Below are positions 1 through 9,858 of a stretch of DNA of 64,000 bases, one piece after another. Source of the DNA: a virus (Duplodnaviria; Caudoviricetes); the IMG/VR virus record IMGVR_UViG_3300020420_000671. One strand, given 5' to 3'. Numbering within the stretch: the first letter of the stretch is position 1; the number at the start of each line of letters is the position of its first letter. The translations under genes were made by a program, and so were the position numbers. The notes beneath the pieces were generated by a model. It was given only the letters and a program-made list of their open reading frames with translations, was not told where the DNA came from and searched no databases.

Positions 1-55
1 TCATCAATGCGGCCAACCAACCAGCAGTTCCGCCTCCTACAATAACTATTTTCAT
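1..55 (-). CDS. Second tryptophan/flavin-dependent halogenase-family gene, N-terminus only (runs off the left edge)
   Basis: The reverse strand from ATG at 55 reads MKIVIVGGGTAGWLAALM, the canonical FAD-binding start of PrnA-like halogenases. Its ATG overlaps the TAA of the upstream halogenase. Confidence 0.75.
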   Translation of the reverse strand, partial: MKIVIVGGGTAGWLAALM

Positions 56-1557
56 TAAAAGTCTCCAGTACTATGACATCTTACATACCAATCATAACCC
101 ATATTGGTTGTTTCTATAGCATCTTTATGTGAGATGCTTAATTTATTTCTTATTTCTTCTGATCCCATAAATTCTTGCATAGCAAAATCTATCTGCATTG
201 GACTTAACCTGTTTAGGTCAACGTTTGTTGGATAGCCCATTTGTATTAACCATAATTGCCAATTCTGTGGATGAAAGAGTGTTTTACTTGACACATCAGA
301 ATAAAAAGTTCTTTGCGGATCTTTTAACCAATCTTCATAAAATAAATGTCTTTGAGATTTTACGTGTTTTTGTTTAACGTAATTCCAAAACTTTGTGTCC
401 CATTTACTATCAGCATAATGGCTACCAACGAAATCAACAGCATCACCATACCATGACATCATTGTTTTGTTATACATGTCTATTGAATTTTCTGTATAGG
501 CGTATTGCGGAATATGTAAAGCAAGTTCTTGTACACCATATGTCATACTGGCTAATCCTGTTGACTCTAGTGGTTCAATAAATCCTCCACTTAACCCAAT
601 TGATACAACATTCTTTTCCCAAAAGTTTTCACTATAGTACGGTGTCCAATCGATTAATTTCAAATCTTCAGGCTTTATTCTATTGTTCCAATGTTCACAA
701 AAATATTTTTTAGCTTCTTCTGGGTCAGTAATATTACTATTGAATACCATACCAGAACCAATTCTTGATTGTGTTGGTATTTTCCAAATCCATCCATGGT
801 CCACAGCAGGGCAACTTACGTATGGCACACACTCTTTTTCAAAATCTTCATATGGCACATGTCCTGCTACTGCGGCGTTGGTGAATAGTCTACCTGTATC
901 CAGTAACTCCACCTTTTTCTGGTCTTTTAACAGCGATAAGAAGCCCGTACAGTCCAGGTAAAAGTCTGACTGGTGTGTTGTACCATTCTTTAGTTCAAGG
1001 CTGGTTATATAGCCATCTAGGTCTTTATTTACTTTGACTACATCGCTCTTGATGATGTTAACTGTGTTAGTGCAAATGTTTTGTAACTCAGTTACAAGTT
1101 TGCCAGCATCTATATGATATGCTAACGTTTCAAAAGCATTGAACATGTCGACCTTGTTCATCATAGTATTTTGATAACTAGGAACACTATATTCTCTAAA
1201 ATCTAAATCTTGTTTTTGTGCCCAGATATCATATTGTGTACATTTCAAATCAAAATATGATCTATTTAAAAAGAATGGGTGATAAATTTTTTTACCTGGC
1301 TCTACCCAGTTTGGAAAATCAATACCGGCCTTGTATGTAGCATCAACGTTTTGGAACCATTGAGGCAAATTAATTCCACATTGTCGTAGGAATGAAGGAA
1401 AAGTTAACACGGTTGCTTCACCAACTCCTATTGGATTACCTACTTCTTTATCAATCACCGTTAAGGGCATGTCCCAAAAATTATTTTGTATATAAGTTGC
1501 GGCTAGCCATGCCGCTGATCCACCGCCAACGATAGTGATGCTTTTAATTTTTCTCAT
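55..1557 (-). CDS. Tryptophan halogenase-family (PrnA-like) flavin-dependent enzyme
   Basis: GGGSAAW FAD motif, GVGEAT, ATYKAGI (catalytic Lys), GWIWKIP (WxWxIP), GLSGGFIEPLESTG. Confidence 0.9.
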   Translation of the reverse strand: MRKIKSITIVGGGSAAWLAATYIQNNFWDMPLTVIDKEVGNPIGVGEATVLTFPSFLRQCGINLPQWFQNVDATYKAGIDFPNWVEPGKKIYHPFFLNRSYFDLKCTQYDIWAQKQDLDFREYSVPSYQNTMMNKVDMFNAFETLAYHIDAGKLVTELQNICTNTVNIIKSDVVKVNKDLDGYITSLELKNGTTHQSDFYLDCTGFLSLLKDQKKVELLDTGRLFTNAAVAGHVPYEDFEKECVPYVSCPAVDHGWIWKIPTQSRIGSGMVFNSNITDPEEAKKYFCEHWNNRIKPEDLKLIDWTPYYSENFWEKNVVSIGLSGGFIEPLESTGLASMTYGVQELALHIPQYAYTENSIDMYNKTMMSWYGDAVDFVGSHYADSKWDTKFWNYVKQKHVKSQRHLFYEDWLKDPQRTFYSDVSSKTLFHPQNWQLWLIQMGYPTNVDLNRLSPMQIDFAMQEFMGSEEIRNKLSISHKDAIETTNMGYDWYVRCHSTGDF

Positions 1558-1993
1558 TCTCTAAATATCCTATAAGGTCAAAAACAGTTTTTAGTTTAGT
1601 TTGGTTAGTTTTGTTTTGTAGTGTATTACGTAAACCCATGTGTAACGGTTTTGGCCATTTGCCAAAACTTACCCAACTATATCCATCATGTTCTTCGTTT
1701 AGATTAGGAATAAATTCATTTTTTGTTACACACAAATATGTATGGAAACTAAATTTTTCATCGCTACTTACAAATGTTTCTAGTGGTATGGTTTTCAAAA
1801 TTTCTGGTATCTGTCCAATTTCTTCAGTTATTTCTCTTTGTAAAGCGGGCCACGGATACTCATTTTTTCCATTGGTTCCGCCTACTAAACCCCAGACGTT
1901 TTTTTGTTTACTTTGTGTTCTATGTAGTAGTAGAAACCTTTTGGTCTTTAAAGCATAGAATAAGGCTCCACTACATGTGATTTCACTATTCAT
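1544..1993 (-). CDS. NUDIX hydrolase
   Basis: Nudix-box-like WGLVGGTNGKNEYPWPALQREITEEIG, plus LNEEHDGYSW. Start moved to ATG 1993 (MNSEITCSG) to remove the overlap with the upstream gene. Confidence 0.85.
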   Translation of the reverse strand: MNSEITCSGALFYALKTKRFLLLHRTQSKQKNVWGLVGGTNGKNEYPWPALQREITEEIGQIPEILKTIPLETFVSSDEKFSFHTYLCVTKNEFIPNLNEEHDGYSWVSFGKWPKPLHMGLRNTLQNKTNQTKLKTVFDLIGYLENEKN

Positions 1994-2006
1994 GTAAATA
2001 ATTATC

Positions 2007-3509
2007 TTAAAGTGCGAGGCGCCAAGTACCTTTTTGATACTCACCCTCCCAGCTGAGTATCCATTCTGTACCAGTCCACCTATATTGTACGCCTGTATTT
2101 AGGTTTGTGATATATTTGGTTGTAGTACCATCATCCGTACTAGCGTCAAATACTATGTGCCACTTAGATCCGTCCCACTCTACAACATCATTTTGTCCTG
2201 CCACAAAATCACTTCCGTCTACGTTTTTCCAAGCATCTGGACCATCATATGGATCTCTACTGCTACCATCACTTGGATCCTGGCCAAATGTCATTAATCC
2301 GCCTACGTTAGCACTATCATTTATTTTTCCAAGAAGTAACAATCTTAGACCTGCCACTTTTGTTGTCGAATTTGGATTATATTTTTGTGGGTCAATAATA
2401 TAGTCTACACTACCTGTATTGTTTCTACCACTTGGACTATTTAAACTAGAATTCGTAGGAATTGTATCTTCGTCCCATACTATTTGTAATTTTGTTCTGT
2501 CTAGTTCATTAATTGTTATACCACCATTGATACTTATTGTACCAGTTTCGCCAGTTAAAAGTTTTCTTTTAATCTGTAATTGTGATAGTCCTGCTCTGTA
2601 TACACCAGGATGTGGATCTATTACTTGATCCCATGCTATACTTCCTACCCTACCCCTATCAACTATTTGTGCTGTATTGCCCATTACGAGTATATCATAA
2701 TCTTTATAGTTATTACTTCCTACTGTGATACCATCTTTGATTGTTCTGCCAGTTTGTAAATCTGTTTTTGCTTGACTATTTTCAGTATCAGAGTAAGCTG
2801 AAAGGGTAGGCATAGACATACCTAAGTTTATTGTACCTTTGGATTCATCAAAAATACTCATTATTACATTTGTGATGACTCCTAGTTTCTTAACTTTAGC
2901 AGGCAAGTTGATATAGATCGGAGTGGTAAATGATAAACTAGCAATATCTATTTCTGTTTCCGTACCTTGCGGTATACTTCTACTTGAAAAGTTCAAACCC
3001 GTAAGTTCTACAACAGTCAAACTTGACCAATCTACATAGTTATCTGTAGTTTGTATTTCTAAACTTGGATTAAACAACATAAGAAGTTGTTCCATTATTT
3101 GTAATTTCATTTCTGTGTTCGTAGACCAAATATCAACATTCACAGCTAACGTGTAGGGCGACGGCATTATTCTTTCTACAGTATAATTTTTTCCTTGTGT
3201 GTTTAGATATTCTTTATTATTATCATCATAAGCTCTTTCTCTGATATGTACTTTGCTTGTATAACTTGAATCTGCTGTTCTAGTTCTATCTTGTTCCAAG
3301 GAAGTAATGTATACAGCCATTCTAGGAGCAGAAGGTATTTTATTTTCACTATTATCTCTGATAATGTTAGCAACCTGCCTTGTCATATCTCCATACATCA
3401 CAGGTACTTGTACTTCCTTACCTTCACCATCTTTGTATTTGAAGTTACTGAACAGTCTTATTAGCTGAGTAATATATCTTCTAATTTGTCCATCATAAAA
3501 ATGTTGCAT
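2007..3509 (-). CDS. Tail terminator/sheath stabiliser (T4 gp15-like) with C-terminal extension
   Basis: N-terminus MQHFYDGQIRRYITQLIRLFSNF and VPVMYG resemble gp15. It also has PSPYTLAVNVDIW and EQLLMLFNPSLEI, and lies beside the neck genes. Confidence 0.75.
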   Translation of the reverse strand: MQHFYDGQIRRYITQLIRLFSNFKYKDGEGKEVQVPVMYGDMTRQVANIIRDNSENKIPSAPRMAVYITSLEQDRTRTADSSYTSKVHIRERAYDDNNKEYLNTQGKNYTVERIMPSPYTLAVNVDIWSTNTEMKLQIMEQLLMLFNPSLEIQTTDNYVDWSSLTVVELTGLNFSSRSIPQGTETEIDIASLSFTTPIYINLPAKVKKLGVITNVIMSIFDESKGTINLGMSMPTLSAYSDTENSQAKTDLQTGRTIKDGITVGSNNYKDYDILVMGNTAQIVDRGRVGSIAWDQVIDPHPGVYRAGLSQLQIKRKLLTGETGTISINGGITINELDRTKLQIVWDEDTIPTNSSLNSPSGRNNTGSVDYIIDPQKYNPNSTTKVAGLRLLLLGKINDSANVGGLMTFGQDPSDGSSRDPYDGPDAWKNVDGSDFVAGQNDVVEWDGSKWHIVFDASTDDGTTTKYITNLNTGVQYRWTGTEWILSWEGEYQKGTWRLAL

Positions 3510-4669
3510 TATTCGTTGTCCGGTTTAGCTTTTAAAGCATCTGCTAGGCTCTGTCTTTCTTTTACAGTTTCGCCGCCTATACTTGAAGTTGCTGTATTGT
3601 TAACAAATGAACTTCTTTGTGTTTGTTTAGTATCAGTATTGCTTAGGTTAACTCTAATATTATCTTCCATTTTTACCCACCTTTGGCCATCATATCTAAA
3701 TAATCTATTCGGAAATAAATCTGTTCTTAAAAAATAATCTCCAGTTACGCTCCCAGTAGGAAATCCAATTCCGCTACCAAATGCTTCTCCGTTTGGTGCT
3801 ATTCCATCTCCTATCAAATAACCTTCGTACCCTTCTCTTTCTGGTGTTTGATGTATTCTATCTGCTAATTCATTCTGTGTACTGGCATCTAATGTACTTG
3901 TATCTGTTGTTACAAGTTCTGTAACACCTCGATCGTCAACTTGAAGTGTATATAAATGACTAGTATCATATCCAGATTTCCCTGAGTCTGCTTCTGCTTG
4001 TTTTACAACAGCATCATTTATTTCTTTTTCTTTGTTATAAGTTGACAGTAAATCTCTAAGTGTCTTGTCACTGCCTTCTTCAGCTTTAGCATCAAGTATG
4101 TCTTTGTATTCTTGTGAATCAACTATTTGTTTTAATTTTAATCTATATAAATGTGGATACCAAGTTTGTGTAAATCCTTCACTTGCTCTGTTAACATCTT
4201 CTACTACATAGAATCTTTTAAGTGCTAGATCAAAGTCATTTAGAGCATGTGGATCTTTTAAATGCGGTAATTCTATAACATCACCTGACATAATTTTTCG
4301 ACCTAGAGCATTTACAGTATAGTTTATAGGAACTGTCATAAAGACAATATCTTGTGATAAAAATAAACCAAACTGTGATAAATCAAAATCTATATCAGCA
4401 ACATTATAAATGCCTCTAATTGTGTATACATTTGGATCATATTTTCTGTCTCTATTTTCTAGAAAAATCATGTCCTGTATGTTGGTTTCTTTTACAGCAT
4501 CATATGTTGGAGTGCCTGCTGTAGCTTCTCCTGTAGCAGGATTTTTAGGGCCTAGATACTTGTGTACAAAAACGTCTGTACCACCAATAGTAAACATCTC
4601 TTCAATGTTTTTGTCTAAAAACTGATAATCTTTTCCCTTTTCGGGTTTATATAAACTGAGTCTTGGCAT
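3509..4669 (-). CDS. Neck/head-closure protein (T4 gp14-like)
   Basis: Likely start ATG 4669 (MPRLSLYKPE). Has IQDMIFLENRDRKYD, DLSQFGLFL, SGDVIELPHL and WYPHLYRLKL, and is divergent from the gp13-like gene. Confidence 0.65.
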   Translation of the reverse strand: MPRLSLYKPEKGKDYQFLDKNIEEMFTIGGTDVFVHKYLGPKNPATGEATAGTPTYDAVKETNIQDMIFLENRDRKYDPNVYTIRGIYNVADIDFDLSQFGLFLSQDIVFMTVPINYTVNALGRKIMSGDVIELPHLKDPHALNDFDLALKRFYVVEDVNRASEGFTQTWYPHLYRLKLKQIVDSQEYKDILDAKAEEGSDKTLRDLLSTYNKEKEINDAVVKQAEADSGKSGYDTSHLYTLQVDDRGVTELVTTDTSTLDASTQNELADRIHQTPEREGYEGYLIGDGIAPNGEAFGSGIGFPTGSVTGDYFLRTDLFPNRLFRYDGQRWVKMEDNIRVNLSNTDTKQTQRSSFVNNTATSSIGGETVKERQSLADALKAKPDNE

Positions 4670-4677
4670 AACATAAC

Positions 4678-4697
4678 TATTTATCAGAGCATAAATA
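4678..4697. promoter_or_regulatory. Back-to-back TAAATA late-promoter-like boxes (T4 gp55-type); the same motif recurs upstream of most structural genes
   Basis: TATTTA at 4678-4683 (minus-strand TAAATA) and TAAATA at 4692-4697. Further copies: plus strand at 6500, 9832, 10550, 11059, 13115, 13629, 15668, 17265, 46880, 52927; minus strand at 6435, 46901, 60110, 60651. Resembles the T4 late consensus TATAAATA. Confidence 0.7.
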
Positions 4698-4715
4698 CTG
4701 TAGCAAGGAACGAAT

Positions 4716-5477
4716 ATGGCAACTAATTTAAAAACTAAAAAACAAGAAGTATTCAAGTATGTTGAGCTTAATTTAGGCGGAGGCATGATAGATGTTGAAT
4801 TAGATCCAGATCATTACGAAACTGCCCTTACAGCGGCCCTATCTAAATTTAGACAAAGATCAGATAATTCAGTTGAAGAATCCTACATGTTTTTACCACT
4901 TGTTATAGATCAAAATGATTACACATTACCGCAAGAAGTAATGGAAGTTAGACAGGTTTTTAGAAGAAGCATAGGTAGTAGATCAGGTGGAGGAGATGGA
5001 GGTACTCTGTTTGAACCATTTAATTTAGCATACACTAATACTTACTTGTTAGCAAGTTCTAACATGGGCGGATTAGCAACATATAATGCGTTTGCCGGAT
5101 TTCAAGAATTGGTTGGAAGAATGTTTGGATCATTCATAGAATTTAAATGGAATACTGTAAACAAAAAATTAACACTTCTACAGCGTCCGAGAGCAGACGA
5201 AGAAATACTTCTTTACGCATATAATTACAGACCAGACTTTGAGTTGTTGGAAGATTACCTAGCTCAACAGTGGTTAAAAGATTATACACTCGCAAAGTGT
5301 AAGTATATGCTAGGTGAAGCACGTAGTAAGTTTGCCACTATTGCTGGTCCACAGGGTGGATCTTCCATGAACGGAGATGCTTTAAAAACAGAAGCACAAT
5401 CAGAAATTGAAAAGCTAGAAGCAGAAGTAGCCACGCAAGTAGGTGGCGGCGCAGGATATAGCTTTACAATTGGTTAA
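4716..5477 (+). CDS. Neck/head-tail adaptor protein (T4 gp13-like)
   Basis: LGGGMIDVELDPDHYETALTAALSKF, WLKDYTLAKCKYMLGEARSKF, GPQGGSSMNGDALKTEAQSEIEKLE. Confidence 0.85.
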   Translation: MATNLKTKKQEVFKYVELNLGGGMIDVELDPDHYETALTAALSKFRQRSDNSVEESYMFLPLVIDQNDYTLPQEVMEVRQVFRRSIGSRSGGGDGGTLFEPFNLAYTNTYLLASSNMGGLATYNAFAGFQELVGRMFGSFIEFKWNTVNKKLTLLQRPRADEEILLYAYNYRPDFELLEDYLAQQWLKDYTLAKCKYMLGEARSKFATIAGPQGGSSMNGDALKTEAQSEIEKLEAEVATQVGGGAGYSFTIG

Positions 5478-5484
5478 ATTCCAC

Positions 5485-5513
5485 TTGACAATCTAAAACT
5501 TTTACGTTACAAT
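5485..5513 (+). promoter_or_regulatory. Sigma70-type promoter
   Basis: TTGACA (5485-5490), 17 bp, TACAAT (5508-5513), upstream of the dNMP kinase. Confidence 0.75.
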
Positions 5514-5538
5514 AACTACTATTACGTAAGGACTCACT

Positions 5539-6165
5539 ATGATAATTGGTTTATGTGGACTCATTGGAAGTGGTAAAGGTACTGTCGCTGATATCCTTGT
5601 AGATGATCACAAATTTGTAAAAATAAGTTTTGCTGACAAGCTGAAAGACGCCGTGTCTACAATGTTTGACTGGGATAGACAAATGCTAGAAGGTGAAACA
5701 CCCGAAAGTAGATCCTGGCGTGAACAAGAGGACGATTTTTGGACCAAAGAAACAGGCCGTAGAATCACTCCAAGATTAGTGTTACAAGAGTTTGGAACTG
5801 ATTGTATGCGTAATGGTTTTTTTGACGGTGTATGGGTAAGTTTTGTAAGGAAGAAAATATTAGAAAATCCTGATAAAAATTTTGTAATTCCTGATGTAAG
5901 ATTTAACAATGAAGCAGAAATTATACAAGCTATGGGCGGAAAAGTATGGTGTGTTAAACGTGGGCCTGATCCGTTATGGTTTAGGCAATACGTTGATTTA
6001 GACATAGAGCCAACAGATGTACATCCAAGTGAATGGCGTTGGGCAAAAGTAGCCTTTGAACATAACATTTATAATGAAGGTACTATTGATGATCTTAAAA
6101 ATCAGGTACGAGGTCGCCTTGCTTCCACTTTACGCCTTTCTTCTGCAAAAGCCGTTGGCAATTAG
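5539..6165 (+). CDS. Deoxynucleoside monophosphate kinase (T4 gp1-like)
   Basis: IIGLCGLIGSGKGTVA P-loop, SFADKLKDAVS, TPRLVLQEFGTDCMR, VIPDVRFNNEA. Confidence 0.92.
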   Translation: MIIGLCGLIGSGKGTVADILVDDHKFVKISFADKLKDAVSTMFDWDRQMLEGETPESRSWREQEDDFWTKETGRRITPRLVLQEFGTDCMRNGFFDGVWVSFVRKKILENPDKNFVIPDVRFNNEAEIIQAMGGKVWCVKRGPDPLWFRQYVDLDIEPTDVHPSEWRWAKVAFEHNIYNEGTIDDLKNQVRGRLASTLRLSSAKAVGN

Positions 6166-6430
6166 CACATATTGTTTTTAAATTATTAAAGTGTGTGTTA
6201 GTTAAATTACCATCAATATGGTAAACATTAAACTGTTCAGCATGTCCTTTGAAACCACACTTGTCGCATTCACTCTTCATTCTATATCCTGCTTTGTACC
6301 AGGTAGGTATACCATGTCCTTTACCATTATGTAGACAGGACTCACATTGTTTTCTATAATATGTTTTACCAGCCTTCTTGTAGTTAACCGCGGCTGGTCT
6401 TTGATTACAATATAGACATAAAGGACGCAT
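6095..6430 (-). CDS. HNH endonuclease-like Zn-binding protein
   Basis: Three CxxC pairs plus a CDKC pair, and YHIDGNLTNTHFNNLKTICANCQR (HNH-type core). Preceded by a TAAATA box, and overlaps the 3' end of the kinase gene. Confidence 0.7.
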   Translation of the reverse strand: MRPLCLYCNQRPAAVNYKKAGKTYYRKQCESCLHNGKGHGIPTWYKAGYRMKSECDKCGFKGHAEQFNVYHIDGNLTNTHFNNLKTICANCQRLLQKKGVKWKQGDLVPDF

Positions 6431-6535
6431 ACTGTATTTACCATCCCTTTTTGCCCCCTTTTATTATGTTATTTCTTGGTATATTTTTATTAAGATGACT
6501 AAATACATACAACAGTTGATATACAGGAGAACAAA

Positions 6536-9500
6536 ATGGCATCATTAATATCACCAGGTGTAAATGTTAGTGTTATAGACGAAAGTTTTTACACCCCAGC
6601 TGAACCGGGAATGACTCCTATGGTGTTTGTTGCATCTAGACAAGATAAAACAAACGCGGCAGGGACAGGCACAGCCAGTGGAACTACAAAAGCTAACGCT
6701 GGTGTACCACAACTAATTACATCACAAAGAGACTTATCTGATAAGTTCGGAGATCCAGTCTTTGAAACAGATAACAATAATAACCCTATAAACGGCGGCG
6801 AATTAAACGAATATGGTTTACAAGCGGCTTATTCTTTCTTAGGTGTAGCAAACAGAGCTTTTGTTACAAGAGCAGACATAGACCTAAATGAGATTACGCC
6901 AAGTGCTTCTGCTCCGGCGGCGGCTCCAGCAAACGGAACATTCTGGTTCGATACTGCTTTAACAAAATATGGAATTTTTGAATGGAACGGAAATGCTGTT
7001 ACTGTAACAGGCGGACAGTCATTCACTAACAAAGTTCCAACAGTAATTACATCAAAAACAAATTTAGTAGGTGAATCCAATACAGGAATACCAAAAGGTT
7101 CAGTAGGACAGGTAGGAGACTATGCTGTTGTTACAACCACTACAAGTAATAAAGTATACTACAAAAATACTGACGGTGCTTGGGTAAAAGTTGGTTCATC
7201 TGATTGGGTAAAGAGTTGGCCAACAATACAAGGATCAACTGCTAACCCAACTTTAACGAACGGACAAACAATTATTATAAACGGAAGTACTGTGTCACTT
7301 TCAGGAACATCTGTTGCTAACATGGTAACTGCTATTACTAATGCGGCAATCACAGGTGTATCTGCGAAAAGTGTAGACGGCAAACTTTATATCTACAGTG
7401 ACGGAAGTTCAACAACTGACGGTTCAACAGACGACGATGGCGCCATTTCCATTGCGGCTGGACAAACTGGTACATTGTTAGCTGACTTAGGTATCACAGC
7501 AGGAACTTACTTTGCTCCTGCGTTAGAAATTGCTCCACATACGGCTGTTCCAGCGTTCAAGACTGCAGACACAAAAACAAGACCTTCAGGTTCTGTTTGG
7601 TTTAAAACTACAGATGCTAACTTGGGTGCTAATTACAAAGTTAAAGTATACAATACTACAACAAAACTTTGGGTAGATCAATCTGCTCCAGTTTACAAAA
7701 CACACGAAGCGGCTTTATTTAATTTAGACAAATCCGGCGGTGGTATTAATCTTGCGGTAGGTGCTACATACATTCAAGCACATACAACACTAGCAGAGAA
7801 TGAAGAATTTGATTTTACAATTTTTGCTAGAAACGTATCAGGATCAACTACCATTACTTCAAATGCTATTACAGCAAGTACATTTGCGGCAGGCACATTC
7901 AATTTTACAATTGGAGAAAGTAAAGTAGGACAAGCGGCTTTAGACGCAGGTGTGGCTTTATCATTCGTAGCAACTGGTGCTACAGCAGATGCTGACTTGT
8001 TTGCTAACGCAATCAACGCACATGGATTTACTAACATACAAGCAAGTGTAGACGCAAGTAACAGACTTGTTATTTCACACAATGATGGTGGTGAAATGCG
8101 TATTAAAGATACAGACAATGCTTTCCAAAACGCAGGATTTAGTGCTTATAACTACAGCACAAAATTAGGAACAGCTAATCTTTATACAGCACCAACAGGT
8201 GATAGTGCTTTTGATTTCCATGCTTCAAATTGGAAAATCTTAACTTACAATGCTGGACCAAATGCTCCAACATCATTAACAACAGACGGCAGATTATGGT
8301 ACAGTTCAATTGTTGATGAAGTTGATATGTTGGTACACGACGGAACAACATGGAAAGGTTACGGAAACGTATACTCAAGTGCTGATCCAGAAGGACCAAT
8401 TGTAAGTGCCACAGAGCCAACACAACAATCAGATACTACACCATTAGTAACAGGAGACTTATGGATTTCAACAGCTGACTTAGAAAGCTATCCAGAAGTT
8501 TACAAATACAATGCTGATCTTCAAAAATGGTTAGCTGTAGATGAAGGTGACCAAACTACAGAAGATGGTATTTTATTTGCTGATGCTAGATTTGGTACAA
8601 CCGGTGGTACTAACGGAACAAACGGGGAAGCACCAAAAGGAACTATCAAAGAACTATTAGTAAGTGACTTCTTAGACTTTGATGCTCCAGATCCAGCACT
8701 TTATCCAAAAGGTATGTTGTTATGGAACTTACGTAGAAGCGGATTTAATGTTAAAAAATTCGTTAGAAACTATATAGACTTAACAGCTAAAAACATTAGA
8801 AAAAATGATGAGAGCATGGCTACTTATTATCCACACAGATGGGTAACTGAGTCTGCTAATCAGCCAAACGGTAAAGGTAGCTTTGGAAGAAAAGCACAGC
8901 GTAAAGTTGTAATTCAAGCGTTACAATCATTGGTAAACAGTAACCAAGAGATTAGGGACGATGAATCAAGACTATTCAACGTTATGGCTACACCAGGTTA
9001 TCCAGAACTTATAGGTGAAATGATAGCACTTAATAATGATAGAGGCTTAACAGCGTTTATTATTGGTGACTCACCATTTAGATTAAAATCAGATGGAACT
9101 ACTTTAAACAACTGGGGTAATAATACTGCTCTTGCTGTTGAAGATAACGATGACGGACTTGTTTCAAGAGATGAATACTTAGGTGTGTTTTATCCTAGCT
9201 TATTCACAAGTGACAATGCCGGAAATAACGTTGTTGTTCCACCAAGTCATGGTATAATGAGAACTTTTGCTTTAAGTGATCAAGTATCGTTTCCATGGTT
9301 TGCTCCAGCAGGTACAAGACGTGGTGGCATAACAAATGCTAGTGCGGCAGGATTTGTAGACGCTGAGGGTGAATTTAAATCAATAGCATTGAACGAAGGT
9401 CAAAGAGATACATTATATTCTTTAAATATTAATCCGATTACATTCCTTACAGGAGCAGGATTAGTTAACTTCGGTCAAAAAACTAGAGCAAGAAACGCAA

Positions 9501-9826
9501 GTGCTTTAGATAGAATCAACGTAGCACGTTTAGTAATTTACTTAAGATCACAACTTAAGAAACTAGCTAAACCATACATCTTTGAACCAAATGATAAGAT
9601 TACACGTGATGAAATCAAGGCACAAGTTGATAGTTTAATGTTAGAGCTTGTTTCACAAAGAGCATTATATGACTTCTTAGTTGTGTGTGATGAATCAAAT
9701 AACACACCATCTAGAATTGATAGAAATGAACTTTATGTAGATATTGCGATAGAACCAGTAAAAGCTGTGGAGTTTATATACATTCCATTGAGACTTAAAA
9801 ATACTGGAGAAATAGCAGGACTATAA
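6536..9826 (+). CDS. Contractile tail sheath protein (gp18-like) with large inserted domains
   Basis: SPGVNVSVIDES start, ELNEYGLQAAYSFLG, WFAPAGTRRG, LYSLNINPI, ALDRINVARL, FEPNDKITR, VVCDESNNTPSRIDRNELYVDIAIEPVKAVEFIYI. Has an AGGAG RBS. Confidence 0.95.
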   Translation: MASLISPGVNVSVIDESFYTPAEPGMTPMVFVASRQDKTNAAGTGTASGTTKANAGVPQLITSQRDLSDKFGDPVFETDNNNNPINGGELNEYGLQAAYSFLGVANRAFVTRADIDLNEITPSASAPAAAPANGTFWFDTALTKYGIFEWNGNAVTVTGGQSFTNKVPTVITSKTNLVGESNTGIPKGSVGQVGDYAVVTTTTSNKVYYKNTDGAWVKVGSSDWVKSWPTIQGSTANPTLTNGQTIIINGSTVSLSGTSVANMVTAITNAAITGVSAKSVDGKLYIYSDGSSTTDGSTDDDGAISIAAGQTGTLLADLGITAGTYFAPALEIAPHTAVPAFKTADTKTRPSGSVWFKTTDANLGANYKVKVYNTTTKLWVDQSAPVYKTHEAALFNLDKSGGGINLAVGATYIQAHTTLAENEEFDFTIFARNVSGSTTITSNAITASTFAAGTFNFTIGESKVGQAALDAGVALSFVATGATADADLFANAINAHGFTNIQASVDASNRLVISHNDGGEMRIKDTDNAFQNAGFSAYNYSTKLGTANLYTAPTGDSAFDFHASNWKILTYNAGPNAPTSLTTDGRLWYSSIVDEVDMLVHDGTTWKGYGNVYSSADPEGPIVSATEPTQQSDTTPLVTGDLWISTADLESYPEVYKYNADLQKWLAVDEGDQTTEDGILFADARFGTTGGTNGTNGEAPKGTIKELLVSDFLDFDAPDPALYPKGMLLWNLRRSGFNVKKFVRNYIDLTAKNIRKNDESMATYYPHRWVTESANQPNGKGSFGRKAQRKVVIQALQSLVNSNQEIRDDESRLFNVMATPGYPELIGEMIALNNDRGLTAFIIGDSPFRLKSDGTTLNNWGNNTALAVEDNDDGLVSRDEYLGVFYPSLFTSDNAGNNVVVPPSHGIMRTFALSDQVSFPWFAPAGTRRGGITNASAAGFVDAEGEFKSIALNEGQRDTLYSLNINPITFLTGAGLVNFGQKTRARNASALDRINVARLVIYLRSQLKKLAKPYIFEPNDKITRDEIKAQVDSLMLELVSQRALYDFLVVCDESNNTPSRIDRNELYVDIAIEPVKAVEFIYIPLRLKNTGEIAGL

Positions 9827-9858
9827 ACGGATAAATAAAAGTAATAGGAGCATATAGA

